Assembly (NCBI GenBank): GCA_001029735.1
Contig: CP011213.1
Location: 11,709-75,708 of the forward strand
DNA from: Berkelbacteria bacterium GW2011_GWE1_39_12
Lineage (GTDB): Bacteria; Patescibacteriota; UBA1384; UBA12157
DNA: 64,000 nucleotides
Direction of reading: 5' to 3'
The notes under the pieces are model-generated. The model ran no database searches and had not been told where the DNA came from. It saw only the letters and a list, made by a program, of their open reading frames with translations. A program made the position numbers and the translations under genes. Positions within the stretch are counted from its first letter, which is position 1. Every line of letters starts with the position of its first letter. Below are positions 20,495-30,116 of the stretch, piece after piece.

Positions 20495-20633
20495 ATTTTC
20501 CTTTCGTGGGAAAATTCCGCGACAAATGTAATTTGTCCATTGTCTCCTTTAAGAATCTTTTATTTTTGTGTTTATCCTTACACCTACAGTGCGGGATTTA
20601 ATTAGTATTTTGACACTTTATCTTACATCTATC

Positions 20634-23129
20634 TTATAAATTATTCAATGGTTCATTACCGCCAGCTGGCATTTGGCTAGTTGGAGCGGCCGGCGGAGCT
20701 AATTGGGCACCGATTTCGGCATTAATTTCTGCCAATGGCCTTGAATAAGCTTGCCTTGAAGTATTTCTGACTTGTTCTCTTATGTTTGCATCTGAAACGG
20801 TTGCGCTTTTGATGCCTTTCATACTGAATGGTTTACTTGGTGTGCCATCGATCAACAATTTACAGTATGTATTACGCGCTTCGATATTAGTCATATCTGA
20901 CATGCCGACTCCAGGAAATTCTTTAGCTAAAAATTCTGCGTCGGCAGCGCCTATTCGGTACGAGATTAAAGTACCAGCATTACCAATCACGGCGTCACGA
21001 ATATTTTCTTTAAGCTGTGCGATATACTGGTTGGTAATATTTAAATCAAGATGATACTTTCTTGCTTCCGATAAGATGGTCGCAAAGGAATCAGTGGTAA
21101 AGTTTTGGAACTCATCAACATATAAATAAAAATCTTTTCTTGAATCTTCTACCATATCAGCTCTGGAAAATGCCGCAATTTGAATTTTACTCACTATGAC
21201 CATGCCTAATAAAGCCGAGTTTACTTCTCCGATCTTACCTTTACTTAAATTGATAAGAAGGATTTTACCTTCGTCCATTACCTGACGAATATTAAAGGCC
21301 GATTTCTTCTGACCGATAATGTTACGCATTAAATCGTTAGTCATAAAACGACCGAACTTTGAGATAAAATAATTGTACATTTCAGATTTATGGAAATCAG
21401 CGGTCTTGGCCAATTGCTGCTCCCAAAATGATTTCACGATCGGATCAGTTACGTTTGAAACTAAACTTGCCCTAAAAGCATCATCGGTAAATATTCGCGG
21501 GATGTCTATTAATGTGCCGCCCTCTGGCTGAGCCATAATTGTCAGGGCTGCATTTCTAAACCAGTGTTCCCATTGAGGTCCAACAATACCAGTTTGGCCC
21601 GGGTCGAATAATTTTTGAAATATTTGAATGGTTTCCTGAATAATAAAGTCACGTTGCTCAGGAGTATGGAATTCCATCAAGTTTAGTCCCATTGGAAATT
21701 CAATATCTGATGGGTCAAAAACAATGACGTCCTTCATTCTTTCCGGCGGAATTTTTCCCATAATATCTTCGATGGCATCACCCAGCGGATCAATATAGCA
21801 AACACCTTTCCCCTCTTTTATATCCTGTTCGATTGCAGTTAAGAACAAAGTTGTTTTACCAGTTCCAGTCTTGCCTATCATAAAGATATGGCGACGTCGA
21901 TCATCTTCTTTTATTTTGATTTCTGCCTCAATGCCACGGTAAACGCTTTTTCCTAAAACCGTTCCCTCAGCTGGCAAATTTGCAGGCGGCGGCATTTCCT
22001 TACTCATTAACCATTGGATGTTCGGCGTATCAATAAAGTGATTTGGAAAATGATACAAAGTCGCCAATTCTTCTGTGTTGACAATAGATGATTTTTCGGC
22101 AAAGCGTCGCAAAATATAGTCTTTAACTACTTCATTATTACCTGAAGAAACTTTAAAATTGTTTAGTTCAGGCGTGCCAAATTGCATAAAGCTAGCTGTA
22201 ATTGCTTGTAGATTTGCCTGGGCAATTGGTTGATTTTGAGAAACAGTGATAACGCGGAGAGACATTTCAAAACCAATTTTTGAGGCCTTTTCGCTAATAG
22301 CTCTAAGTAAGGAATCTTGCATTGGAGTCATCTGCTGATATGGTTTGTTTTCTTTTCCTGGTTGTTCTTGAGGCTTTGCCGCGCCATGGACCGCGCCGGA
22401 GAACCCTTCAACTAGAAAATTAGCTAGCTTAAAATACCATTTTTCAGTAGCAACAGACGTCTTACCCTCTTGAATCTTTTTACTGGTCATGCCAGAAGCA
22501 CGTCGCCATTCATCACCCGTCGGCTTGATAATCATCTGCAGAGCAGCGGTCGAGCTTGGATCAAGCTTGCTCATCGCATTTGTTATGCCTGCCAAAGGAT
22601 CACTTTCTTGCTTGGTATATGTTTTTAAAGGCAGAACGAAACGTTTTTCTAATTTTAATGTCGCTGATGCAAACTCACCTTGACCGTTGGTTAACAAGAA
22701 AATGTTTGGTGCTTTTACCTTTTCAACATGAGCCGTCGGATAGTAGGCCTGAATTTGTTTTTGTACCATTTCTTCAAACATTTTAGGACAAGCCACGTAA
22801 AAAGCGATGATACCGTTTTGAGCCACAATTTCAAAAGAAATTTGCTGTTGATCTTTTAATATCTTGTTTGCCATGTCATGACTGTAAAGGCTTGAGAAAG
22901 CGCCAAACATTTGTTCTGCTACGGACATGTGTTGTCGAAAGTCTTTCGGCGGTTCGTTAGTTCCTTCTACTCGAACGGCTTCCTCTTTAGGTAATGTCAC
23001 CAAAAAAACACGAGTGTTTAAAATCCGTGCCGTGTCGCTTTTTTTGTTTCTATGTTCAACTATCAAAAAAATAACGACTAGTAGCGCTATCAATAAAATA
23101 GCAATTAAAATTACTAAATATAAATTCAT
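20634..23129 (-). CDS. second membrane-anchored VirB4/TraD/HerA-like ATPase (paralog)
   Basis: N-terminal TM, GKTGTGKT, YIDPLGD, LYVDEFQNF, SEARKY. Confidence 0.85.
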   Translation of the reverse strand: MNLYLVILIAILLIALLVVIFLIVEHRNKKSDTARILNTRVFLVTLPKEEAVRVEGTNEPPKDFRQHMSVAEQMFGAFSSLYSHDMANKILKDQQQISFEIVAQNGIIAFYVACPKMFEEMVQKQIQAYYPTAHVEKVKAPNIFLLTNGQGEFASATLKLEKRFVLPLKTYTKQESDPLAGITNAMSKLDPSSTAALQMIIKPTGDEWRRASGMTSKKIQEGKTSVATEKWYFKLANFLVEGFSGAVHGAAKPQEQPGKENKPYQQMTPMQDSLLRAISEKASKIGFEMSLRVITVSQNQPIAQANLQAITASFMQFGTPELNNFKVSSGNNEVVKDYILRRFAEKSSIVNTEELATLYHFPNHFIDTPNIQWLMSKEMPPPANLPAEGTVLGKSVYRGIEAEIKIKEDDRRRHIFMIGKTGTGKTTLFLTAIEQDIKEGKGVCYIDPLGDAIEDIMGKIPPERMKDVIVFDPSDIEFPMGLNLMEFHTPEQRDFIIQETIQIFQKLFDPGQTGIVGPQWEHWFRNAALTIMAQPEGGTLIDIPRIFTDDAFRASLVSNVTDPIVKSFWEQQLAKTADFHKSEMYNYFISKFGRFMTNDLMRNIIGQKKSAFNIRQVMDEGKILLINLSKGKIGEVNSALLGMVIVSKIQIAAFSRADMVEDSRKDFYLYVDEFQNFTTDSFATILSEARKYHLDLNITNQYIAQLKENIRDAVIGNAGTLISYRIGAADAEFLAKEFPGVGMSDMTNIEARNTYCKLLIDGTPSKPFSMKGIKSATVSDANIREQVRNTSRQAYSRPLAEINAEIGAQLAPPAAPTSQMPAGGNEPLNNL

Positions 23130-23141
23130 ACTCCCCTACCT

Positions 23142-23468
23142 TTAATCTTTTTGTAGTTCTGCAATTTGTTCAAGGAGATTACTGGCGGCACTTACACCGC
23201 TAACGTTCTGTTCGACAAGGTGAGAAACAGAAGATTCTTTTTGATTTTCACTCAATAAGACAGGCTGCGCTGGTTGAACAGGTTCAGACGGAACAGTGGG
23301 TGTTATAGGTGCAATTGGTAACGTTGTGGGTTGGATATTTTTCACTTCGACAGCAATACCAGGATTTACTTCTGGTTGGCTAGGAGTGTTAGTTGGCTCT
23401 GGTGTTAATACTTCTGTTTCAACAGGAACAGTGCCTGGCAATTCAGGCTTGAACTGATTAGGATTCAT
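23142..23468 (-). CDS. Pro/Thr-rich hypothetical protein
   Basis: ORF with aaggagagg SD, directly upstream of the ATPase. Confidence 0.7.
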   Translation of the reverse strand: MNPNQFKPELPGTVPVETEVLTPEPTNTPSQPEVNPGIAVEVKNIQPTTLPIAPITPTVPSEPVQPAQPVLLSENQKESSVSHLVEQNVSGVSAASNLLEQIAELQKD

Positions 23469-23542
23469 ACCTCTCCTTCTCTATTATTATTGTAGTCGAT
23501 TTGCTTAAAATGTACAACTAAAAAGCCCCATAAGCAATGGGG

Positions 23543-23947
23543 CTAAGACGGATCGCCGTTTGTCTCAATGCCGAGACAAATAGTGTCTTCGGTTAGGAAC
23601 CGAATAGTAAAAGTTACGTTCTGAGGCAGCCTCGTACTAGTACCTCGGCTCAATCTTCTAGTAGTCGGGCTACTCTCCTCGTATGTAAACTTGATCTCTA
23701 CTTGACCTCTGATTATCCGTAAACGAGACTGATGCTTAAGATGTCTGGCATCAGTCTCTCCAAAAAGACGTTCCGACCGGTAAAGATAAATTTTGAATTT
23801 ACCGTTCGAAGCTTTGTAGCAAATAGCATTGCCCGACTTCTGCTCATTGAAATCCAGAGCCGAAGAATTAGCTTTGGATGTACTTAAAATCGACGACTCG
23901 ACATCTACGCGAATGTCTTTGCGTTCTAATATCTCGTCCAGTTTCAT
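23543..23947 (-). CDS. hypothetical protein (orphan)
   Basis: ggaggt SD before ATG 23947; terminator agcccca..tggggct at about 23521-23545. Confidence 0.6.
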   Translation of the reverse strand: MKLDEILERKDIRVDVESSILSTSKANSSALDFNEQKSGNAICYKASNGKFKIYLYRSERLFGETDARHLKHQSRLRIIRGQVEIKFTYEESSPTTRRLSRGTSTRLPQNVTFTIRFLTEDTICLGIETNGDPS

Positions 23948-23995
23948 TAGTACTACCTCCGCAAATATAGATTTTAGCAAAAACAGCTGCAGAGG

Positions 23996-25126
23996 TCAAT
24001 ATCTGTCACTACTAATATCCTCTCTGATTTTTTCGACCAGATGGTTTAAAAGCCAGAGGTTATGAATAGAAGTCAGTCTCATACCGAACATTTCCTTTTC
24101 ACGAATTAAGTGAGAAATGTAGGCACGAGTAAAACCAGCTTTGCATGTAGAGCATCCGCAACCTGGCATAAGGATTTTTTTATCGTTTCTAAATAAAGAT
24201 TTTCTAAGATCAATTTTTTTGAAAGTCTTCCAGTTAGTTGTAGTCCAAATAGTACCATGACGAGCCAAGCGAGTTGGCAAGACGCAATCAAACATATCGA
24301 TACCATTTTTTACGCCTTCAAGAATATCTTCCGGCTCGCCGATCCCCATTAAATAATGCGGTTTTTCTTTGGGTAATATTGGCCCAATCCACTTCATAAC
24401 GTTATACATATTTTCTTTGCCTTCACCGACAGATACACCACCGACAGCGATGCCGTCAAAAGAAAGTGAAGAAATATATTCAGCCGACTTTTCTCTGAGA
24501 TCTTTAAAAGTTGAGCCTTGAACAATACCAAAAATGGATTGTTTTTTGTTTCCGTTCTTTTTCCAATAATCCGAGGCGCGCTTGGCCCATTCATGAGTTA
24601 ATTCCATAGATTTTTTTGCTCGATCATAGGTTGCCGGGTGTTCCGTGCATTCGTCTAAAACCATCAAAATATCAGAGCCTAAATCCTTTTGGATATCGAT
24701 GACTTTTTCTGGGGTAAAAAGATGTTTTGATCCATCTAAGTGAGATTTAAACCACACTCCTCTATTAGTCACTTTTACCAATGAGTCCTTTATTTCTTTA
24801 GTTTCATAATCGATATAGTTTTTGCCTAATGAAAAAACCTGAAAACCACCAGAGTCCGTTAGCATAGCACCGGGCCAATTAATAAATTTCTGCAAACCGC
24901 CCATCTTTTTTATTAGTTTTTCGCCTGGCCTTAAGTATAGGTGATATGTGTTTCCCAAAATTATCTTAAAGCCAATTGCTTTAAGTTCTTCTGGAGAAAT
25001 TCCTTTGACGGCGCCAACTGTAGCGCACGGCATAAAAACCGGCGTTTGAATCTTGCCATGGGCTGTTTCAAATTCCGCTAAGCGTGCCAAGGATTTTTTT
25101 GATTGTTTCAAAATTTTGAATTTCAC
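23996..25126 (-). CDS. tgt: tRNA-guanine(34) transglycosylase
   Basis: TPVFMP, NTYHL, LTDSGGFQVFSL, GIVQG, DMFDCVLPTR, CGCSTC zinc site. Confidence 0.97.
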   Translation of the reverse strand: MKFKILKQSKKSLARLAEFETAHGKIQTPVFMPCATVGAVKGISPEELKAIGFKIILGNTYHLYLRPGEKLIKKMGGLQKFINWPGAMLTDSGGFQVFSLGKNYIDYETKEIKDSLVKVTNRGVWFKSHLDGSKHLFTPEKVIDIQKDLGSDILMVLDECTEHPATYDRAKKSMELTHEWAKRASDYWKKNGNKKQSIFGIVQGSTFKDLREKSAEYISSLSFDGIAVGGVSVGEGKENMYNVMKWIGPILPKEKPHYLMGIGEPEDILEGVKNGIDMFDCVLPTRLARHGTIWTTTNWKTFKKIDLRKSLFRNDKKILMPGCGCSTCKAGFTRAYISHLIREKEMFGMRLTSIHNLWLLNHLVEKIREDISSDRY

Positions 25127-25222
25127 CCTGATATTGTACCATTATTTATGCTATTAAGAAAGGATTTAGCTTTTTTGGGTATTATTTAGGCCCGGACATT
25201 ATTTGTCCGGGCCTAATTCATG

Positions 25223-25543
25223 CTAAGCGGTCACATAGCTCTCTGTATCGCGTAATTCCCGATACCTCTTAATTAGAGCAGCGTGATAAGGCGCTAGCCC
25301 CTTTGCCTGCTCAGCTAACTTTTCGATTTCCTCTTGCAGATCATCGATTTCTCGATACATTGTCTCCTTGAAAGGGATCAGACTTAGTCTGCCGTGTCGG
25401 AGACTTGCTATCTTATCGCCTATGCTGGCGATTTTATCAAGCTCATATTCAATCTGTGATACGCTTGCTATTTCGATCTGCGTCGCAGTTAGCTCCTTAA
25501 AAGGTTCGGATTGAGAGCTATGCTGTGAAATAACAACAGCCAT
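25223..25543 (-). CDS. hypothetical coiled-coil protein (orphan)
   Basis: gaaggaggtga SD; promoter TTGACA-17-TAAAAT at 25616-25644; inverted repeat terminator at about 25186-25217. Confidence 0.6.
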   Translation of the reverse strand: MAVVISQHSSQSEPFKELTATQIEIASVSQIEYELDKIASIGDKIASLRHGRLSLIPFKETMYREIDDLQEEIEKLAEQAKGLAPYHAALIKRYRELRDTESYVTA

Positions 25544-25665
25544 ACTCAATCACCTCCTTCAATGGACGCGGCACCGAAACAACCCCCCATACACATAAGC
25601 TTGATTTGTGTTACGATTTTAGCAGAGAAACCCCATATTGTCAAGAGCTTTAACTTCTTATACTC

Positions 25666-25690
25666 AAAAAGCCCCTTTCGGGGCTTTCTT
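25666..25690 (-). terminator. rplJL terminator
   Basis: aaagcccc-gaaa-ggggctttttg on the minus strand. Confidence 0.75.
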
Positions 25691-25718
25691 GAGAATCTAT
25701 TTGATTTGTCGATTTAAA

Positions 25719-26339
25719 TTACTTAAGCTCGACTTTGGCACCAGCTGCTTCAAGCTTTTTCTTAGCTTCTTCGGCTTCAGCTTTTGGCATATCTTTCTTA
25801 ATTTCTTTTGGTGCGGCATCTGCTAAGTCTTTCGCTTCTTTCAAACCTAATTCTTGGTTGATTTCGCGAAGAGCTTTAATGACGGCGATTTTCTGTGAAC
25901 CAGAGTCGGCTAAGACTAAGGTATAAGAAGATTTCTCTTCTTCAGCTGGGGCGGCGGCACCACCAGCGACTGCGCCAGCAGCGGCCATCATAGGAGCGGC
26001 GGCGGAAACACCAAAGCGTTCTTCAAGAGCTTTGACTAATTCTGCCAATTCCAAGGTGGTTAAACCTTCGATATCTTTGATTAAGTCAGCAAATTTACCG
26101 GTTGGTTCCGCTTTGGCCTCATTGGCTTCTTTGGCGGTTTCGTTGTCAGTGTTGATTGCTTCAACTTCGGCTGGAGTTTCTTCTTCTGCACCAGCGGCTT
26201 CTTCAACAGCTGCCCCAACTTGTGCTTTTTCGTCTACATTTGAACCAGCTTCTTCTTTGGAAGCTTCGTCGTTCAATTTTGTTTCAGCTTCAGCTTCTGC
26301 TTCAGCTTGTTTTTCTTCTTTTTTAATGTCGTCTGCCAT
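25719..26339 (-). CDS. rplL: 50S ribosomal protein L7/L12 with about 80-aa acidic N-terminal extension
   Basis: [55 protein letters not shown]. Confidence 0.96.
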   Translation of the reverse strand: MADDIKKEEKQAEAEAEAETKLNDEASKEEAGSNVDEKAQVGAAVEEAAGAEEETPAEVEAINTDNETAKEANEAKAEPTGKFADLIKDIEGLTTLELAELVKALEERFGVSAAAPMMAAAGAVAGGAAAPAEEEKSSYTLVLADSGSQKIAVIKALREINQELGLKEAKDLADAAPKEIKKDMPKAEAEEAKKKLEAAGAKVELK

Positions 26340-26373
26340 AGTAATTCCTTTCTTAAGAATTAATTTATGATTA

Positions 26374-26892
26374 TTATCTACTATTTTTGTAGGTATCTAA
26401 AATGTATACCAGTGATCGAAGGTTACCTTGAAGCGCATTGACTAATCTAGACATTGGAGCGTTCAAAGTACCAACTAATTTTGCATATAGCTCATCTCGA
26501 CCAGGAAGAGCAGCTAATTGATTGACTGTATTTAAATCAACATACTGACCGTTTAAAATTCCACCTAATATTTCCAATTTTTCCGCTTCTTTACCGAAAG
26601 CAACCGTTAATTTAGCAGGATTTACTTCATCAACATCGCCCCAGATAACTGCAACTGGTTGATCCAATAAACTATTATCTAATTCGATGCCGGCTTTTTT
26701 TAAAGCAATTTTGAATAATGAATTTTTGACCACTTGAAAACTAATCTTTTCTGCGGCAAGTCTTTCTTTCAAGGTTTCAATTTCTTTATGCTTTAATCCT
26801 TGATAATTTACTAAAACGACAGCCTTGGATTTCTCCATTTGACCTGACATTTCAGCGACTAATTTTTCTTTTTTACTGCGGGTAAGTAGCAT
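26374..26892 (-). CDS. rplJ: 50S ribosomal protein L10
   Basis: [28 protein letters not shown]. Confidence 0.96.
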   Translation of the reverse strand: MLLTRSKKEKLVAEMSGQMEKSKAVVLVNYQGLKHKEIETLKERLAAEKISFQVVKNSLFKIALKKAGIELDNSLLDQPVAVIWGDVDEVNPAKLTVAFGKEAEKLEILGGILNGQYVDLNTVNQLAALPGRDELYAKLVGTLNAPMSRLVNALQGNLRSLVYILDTYKNSR

Positions 26893-26914
26893 TTATACCT
26901 CTTAAATTTAATTA

Positions 26915-27080
26915 TGATACAAAAAATCTCGCCGATTAGCGAGACCAGAACTAGTTGAAAGTCGTAAAGTCTAAAGCCCCAAAGTAAAAACACTTTAAGA
27001 CTTTATGGACTTTATAAACTTTTAACTAATTTGTTTCGCCTCGATGGGATTTACTTTTTTACCCATTTTCTTCGGCAAAT
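26915..27080 (-). promoter_or_regulatory. L10 leader (rplJL autoregulatory RNA) with attenuator hairpin
   Basis: gCCGAAGA..atgggt..taaatcccatCGAGGc at 27036-27077 resembles the L10-leader kink-turn core; terminator tctcgc..gcgagatttttt at 26921-26944. Confidence 0.7.
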
Positions 27081-27187
27081 TCATATTATCATAAATTATG
27101 CGTAAATGTCAATAATGATGAGATCAACCTCTTGACTTTTGCCTCTTTTTGAGCTATTATCTCAGTACTCGAAAGGAGGTGCGTTAA

Positions 27188-27502
27188 ATGCTGGTTTTGA
27201 CCAGAAAGATTGGAGAAAGCATACATATCGGCGATTACATTATGGAATTGCTGGAAGTTCAGAGGGATTCGGTCAAAATCAGCTTGACTGGTAAATTCTC
27301 TCAACAGATTATAAGTCTCAGTTTACGGCAAGAAGTTATTATTGACAAAGATAAAACCATCTCGTTTTTTGTCAATCGAATATGTTATTCCTGTAATCTA
27401 CGATTAGGGTATGCACAGTTTTGCATCAAAGCGCCACGCAGTATCCGGATAATGAGGAGCGAGTTATTGATCGCTCCAAGACAAAACATCAAGGAACCTT
27501 AA
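27188..27502 (+). CDS. CsrA/RsmA-like protein, tandem single-chain form
   Basis: MLVLTRKIGESIHIGD N-terminus and KAPRSIRIMRSEL C-terminus; 104 aa versus about 60 for the CsrA core; promoter TTGACT-17-TATTAT at 27132-27160; SD aaggaggt; terminator at about 27490-27516. Confidence 0.8.
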   Translation: MLVLTRKIGESIHIGDYIMELLEVQRDSVKISLTGKFSQQIISLSLRQEVIIDKDKTISFFVNRICYSCNLRLGYAQFCIKAPRSIRIMRSELLIAPRQNIKEP

Positions 27503-27576
27503 ATGGTTCCTTTTTTCATATAACAATTCAAAAAATCGCCCAGATCGAGCGATTTTTTGAAATATGAGATGCTTCT

Positions 27577-28464
27577 CTATTTTTTTACTTTGACCGAAGG
27601 ACCCATAGTCGCGCAAATGTGAATACTGTTAATCTTATCGTTTGGAAGAGCTGCTATAAGTTCTTTGAAGTTTGCAGTCAATTCTTCGATTTTACCGCTG
27701 ACTTTTCCGATTACCTGATGAATATTTCCTGTAGAATCTGTTTTATACTCAACTTGTCCGCCTTCAAGATCAGCTTTGGTTTTTTCAGGGTCTAGAGTAA
27801 TAGTACCGGCTTTTGGATTAGGCATCTTTCCTTTTGGACCCAAAATTTTAGCTAATTTAGCGGCTTTTGGCATCAAGGCCGGAGTAACCAAATAAATATC
27901 GGCTTCAATCTTTTTGCTTGCAACAATTTCATCAATTAATTTTTCGTCCAAGATAACGACATTGATTTTTTTACCGGTACCGAAAGGATACTGTAACAAG
28001 CCTCTTGCTGCTTCAGGCTTTCCAGTTTTGCTTAATAATCTAACATGAGTTTCGACATTGCCGTCGAACTTAGTCATGGTTGTCTTTTTAACTAATTCTA
28101 ATGCTTCATCAATACTATATTTTTCTTTGACTTCAATAAGGGCTTTTACTTCTTGATATTTTTTAGAGCGAACTTTTGCCTTACCACGCTTTACTTTTTT
28201 GGCCTTTGTTTTTTTACCAGATTCTTTTTCTGCTTGGGTTTCAGCTTTTTCTTCTCCACCTTCTTTTTCTTCTGTTCCCGCAGCAGCACCAGCTTCTTTT
28301 TGAAACTTTGCTTGGCGAATTTTTTCGGCAATTTTTTCTTTGTTCGCTTTTGGCGTTACTTTTGCCTTACCATGATGGTCGGCATCGATATCGCTGAGAT
28401 CCTCGCCTTTGTCAATCGCTTCTTCTGACTGTGAAATCAAATCGTCTAGAGAATTTTTTCCCAT
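27577..28464 (-). CDS. rplA: 50S ribosomal protein L1 with long charged N-terminal extension
   Basis: KFDGNVETH, LGPKGKMPNPKAGT, GNIH.VIGK, ATMGPSVKV. Confidence 0.95.
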   Translation of the reverse strand: MGKNSLDDLISQSEEAIDKGEDLSDIDADHHGKAKVTPKANKEKIAEKIRQAKFQKEAGAAAGTEEKEGGEEKAETQAEKESGKKTKAKKVKRGKAKVRSKKYQEVKALIEVKEKYSIDEALELVKKTTMTKFDGNVETHVRLLSKTGKPEAARGLLQYPFGTGKKINVVILDEKLIDEIVASKKIEADIYLVTPALMPKAAKLAKILGPKGKMPNPKAGTITLDPEKTKADLEGGQVEYKTDSTGNIHQVIGKVSGKIEELTANFKELIAALPNDKINSIHICATMGPSVKVKK

Positions 28465-28475
28465 TTTTTTCCTTC

Positions 28476-28515
28476 CGTGGTAATAGCGCCCTGAATTTAT
28501 CGAAGGGCTCCCACA
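28476..28515 (-). promoter_or_regulatory. L1-binding autoregulatory site
   Basis: GUGGGAGccc...gggCGCUAUUACCAC directly upstream of rplA resembles the L1 operator. Confidence 0.65.
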
Positions 28516-28517
28516 AA

Positions 28518-29063
28518 TTAAATGTTGATTGTTTCTTCTTTTATACCTTTGCTCAAAGATTCTAACACAAAGTCAGCTATCATGTCAACCATATTTTCCA
28601 GCTTTTCCGTGTCTTCAAAGCTCATTAAAACCCAGCTTTCGGTCGGTATTTTATCTGATTTTCCGACACCGATGCGAATGCGCCAGAATTCCGGACCAAT
28701 TGCGTCGATAATTGATTGGACACCTTTATGGCCGGCTGATGAGCCACCTAAGTTGATCCTGACCTTACCAGGCTCTAAATCAACATCGTCATGAATTACC
28801 CAGATATCTTCTGAGTCTACTTTGAAAAAGTTTTTGGTTTTGCCAACAGCTTTTCCTGATTCATTCATAAAGGTTTGCGGTTCGACTAATTTAATTCTAT
28901 GCTCAAAATCCCCCATTTCGGCATAGCGACTATCATACATACTCTCCAGTCGGAAAGTGATTCCCCTCTTTTCGGCAATTTTTCCCACCACTAAAAAACC
29001 GATATTGTGTCGGGTTTTTTCGTATTTTTCTCCGGGGTTACCTAATCCAATAATTAAACGCAT
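28518..29063 (-). CDS. pth: peptidyl-tRNA hydrolase
   Basis: GLGNPG..Y..TRHNIGF, PQTFMNESG, HDDVDL, GHKGVQSI. Confidence 0.97.
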   Translation of the reverse strand: MRLIIGLGNPGEKYEKTRHNIGFLVVGKIAEKRGITFRLESMYDSRYAEMGDFEHRIKLVEPQTFMNESGKAVGKTKNFFKVDSEDIWVIHDDVDLEPGKVRINLGGSSAGHKGVQSIIDAIGPEFWRIRIGVGKSDKIPTESWVLMSFEDTEKLENMVDMIADFVLESLSKGIKEETINI

Positions 29064-29792
29064 TTAAACTCCTACTTTTGATAGAATAAAAATTAACAAA
29101 AAGCCGAGGACGGTCGCCATTGACGAGTCAATTCCGCTTTCTTTAAACGCTTCTGGCATCATAGTTGATGCCAACATGGCCAAAATCGCTCCTGCAGCTA
29201 AGCTTTCGAGGGTTGCTACCACATTCGGTGAAAAACTTGAAAAGATTGTATAGCCTAAAATAACAAAGGCTAAACCAACTAAGGCAACGACAATCCAAGT
29301 GATTAATATTTCTTTGATGGATTTGCGCTGTTTTTTGAGATCGTAGGCGGAAGAGATCCCTTCAGGTAAGTTTGAGGAGAAAATACCAACCAACATTAAA
29401 AGACCGACAGCAGGATTTAAAAACAAACCAATTCCCAAGGCAATTGATTCAGGAATTCCATCAAGAATCGCCCCCAAAACAATCCCTCGTCCAGTTGAGC
29501 CTTCAGCATTGTAATAGCGTTTGTGGCCACGGCCCCCAGCTTTGATAATAAAGTAATCACCAATGACAAAAATTAAGCCTCCTACAACAAAACCTAGAAT
29601 AGAATTGTCAAATCCGCCTAATTTAAACGATTCTTCCATGAGACCAAAAGTTAATGCTGCAATCATTGCGCCAGCACCAAAGGCTGAAATAACGCCAATA
29701 ATTTTTTCTTTCACATGAAAAACTGAGCCTAAAATTGCTCCGACAATTAAAGGTAATACCGATAACATTCCATATAAAAAAACATTTGTCAT
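29064..29792 (-). CDS. ZIP-family metal transporter
   Basis: AFGAGAM, LDGIPES, SNLPEG, MMPEAF. Confidence 0.88.
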   Translation of the reverse strand: MTNVFLYGMLSVLPLIVGAILGSVFHVKEKIIGVISAFGAGAMIAALTFGLMEESFKLGGFDNSILGFVVGGLIFVIGDYFIIKAGGRGHKRYYNAEGSTGRGIVLGAILDGIPESIALGIGLFLNPAVGLLMLVGIFSSNLPEGISSAYDLKKQRKSIKEILITWIVVALVGLAFVILGYTIFSSFSPNVVATLESLAAGAILAMLASTMMPEAFKESGIDSSMATVLGFLLIFILSKVGV

Positions 29793-29807
29793 ATTTTGTT
29801 TTACTTA

Positions 29808-30107
29808 TTACATACCAGGGATATTCAGGTCTCCGGCAATGGCTTTCATTTTTTCAGCCGCGAGCGCTTGGACACGAGAAACTGCCTCAGCGATACATTG
29901 CTGTAACGCTTTTTCTAAATCACGTTTGTTTTCTGGTTTTAACAACGATTCGTCGATTACAACTTCTTGAATGTGCTGTTCACCGTTAAAAACAACTGAA
30001 ACTAAACCGTTGGCTGCTTTAGCCTCGACTTCAGTTTCCTTTAATTCTTTTTGGATCGCTCTCGCCTTTTTTTGTAAATCATACAACTGCTTTGCTTTGT
30101 CTAACAT
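29808..30107 (-). CDS. YbaB/EbfC nucleoid-associated protein
   Basis: QKKARAIQKEL..VEA..GLVSVVFNG..VVID. Confidence 0.9.
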   Translation of the reverse strand: MLDKAKQLYDLQKKARAIQKELKETEVEAKAANGLVSVVFNGEQHIQEVVIDESLLKPENKRDLEKALQQCIAEAVSRVQALAAEKMKAIAGDLNIPGM

Positions 30108-30116
30108 GAAAACTCC

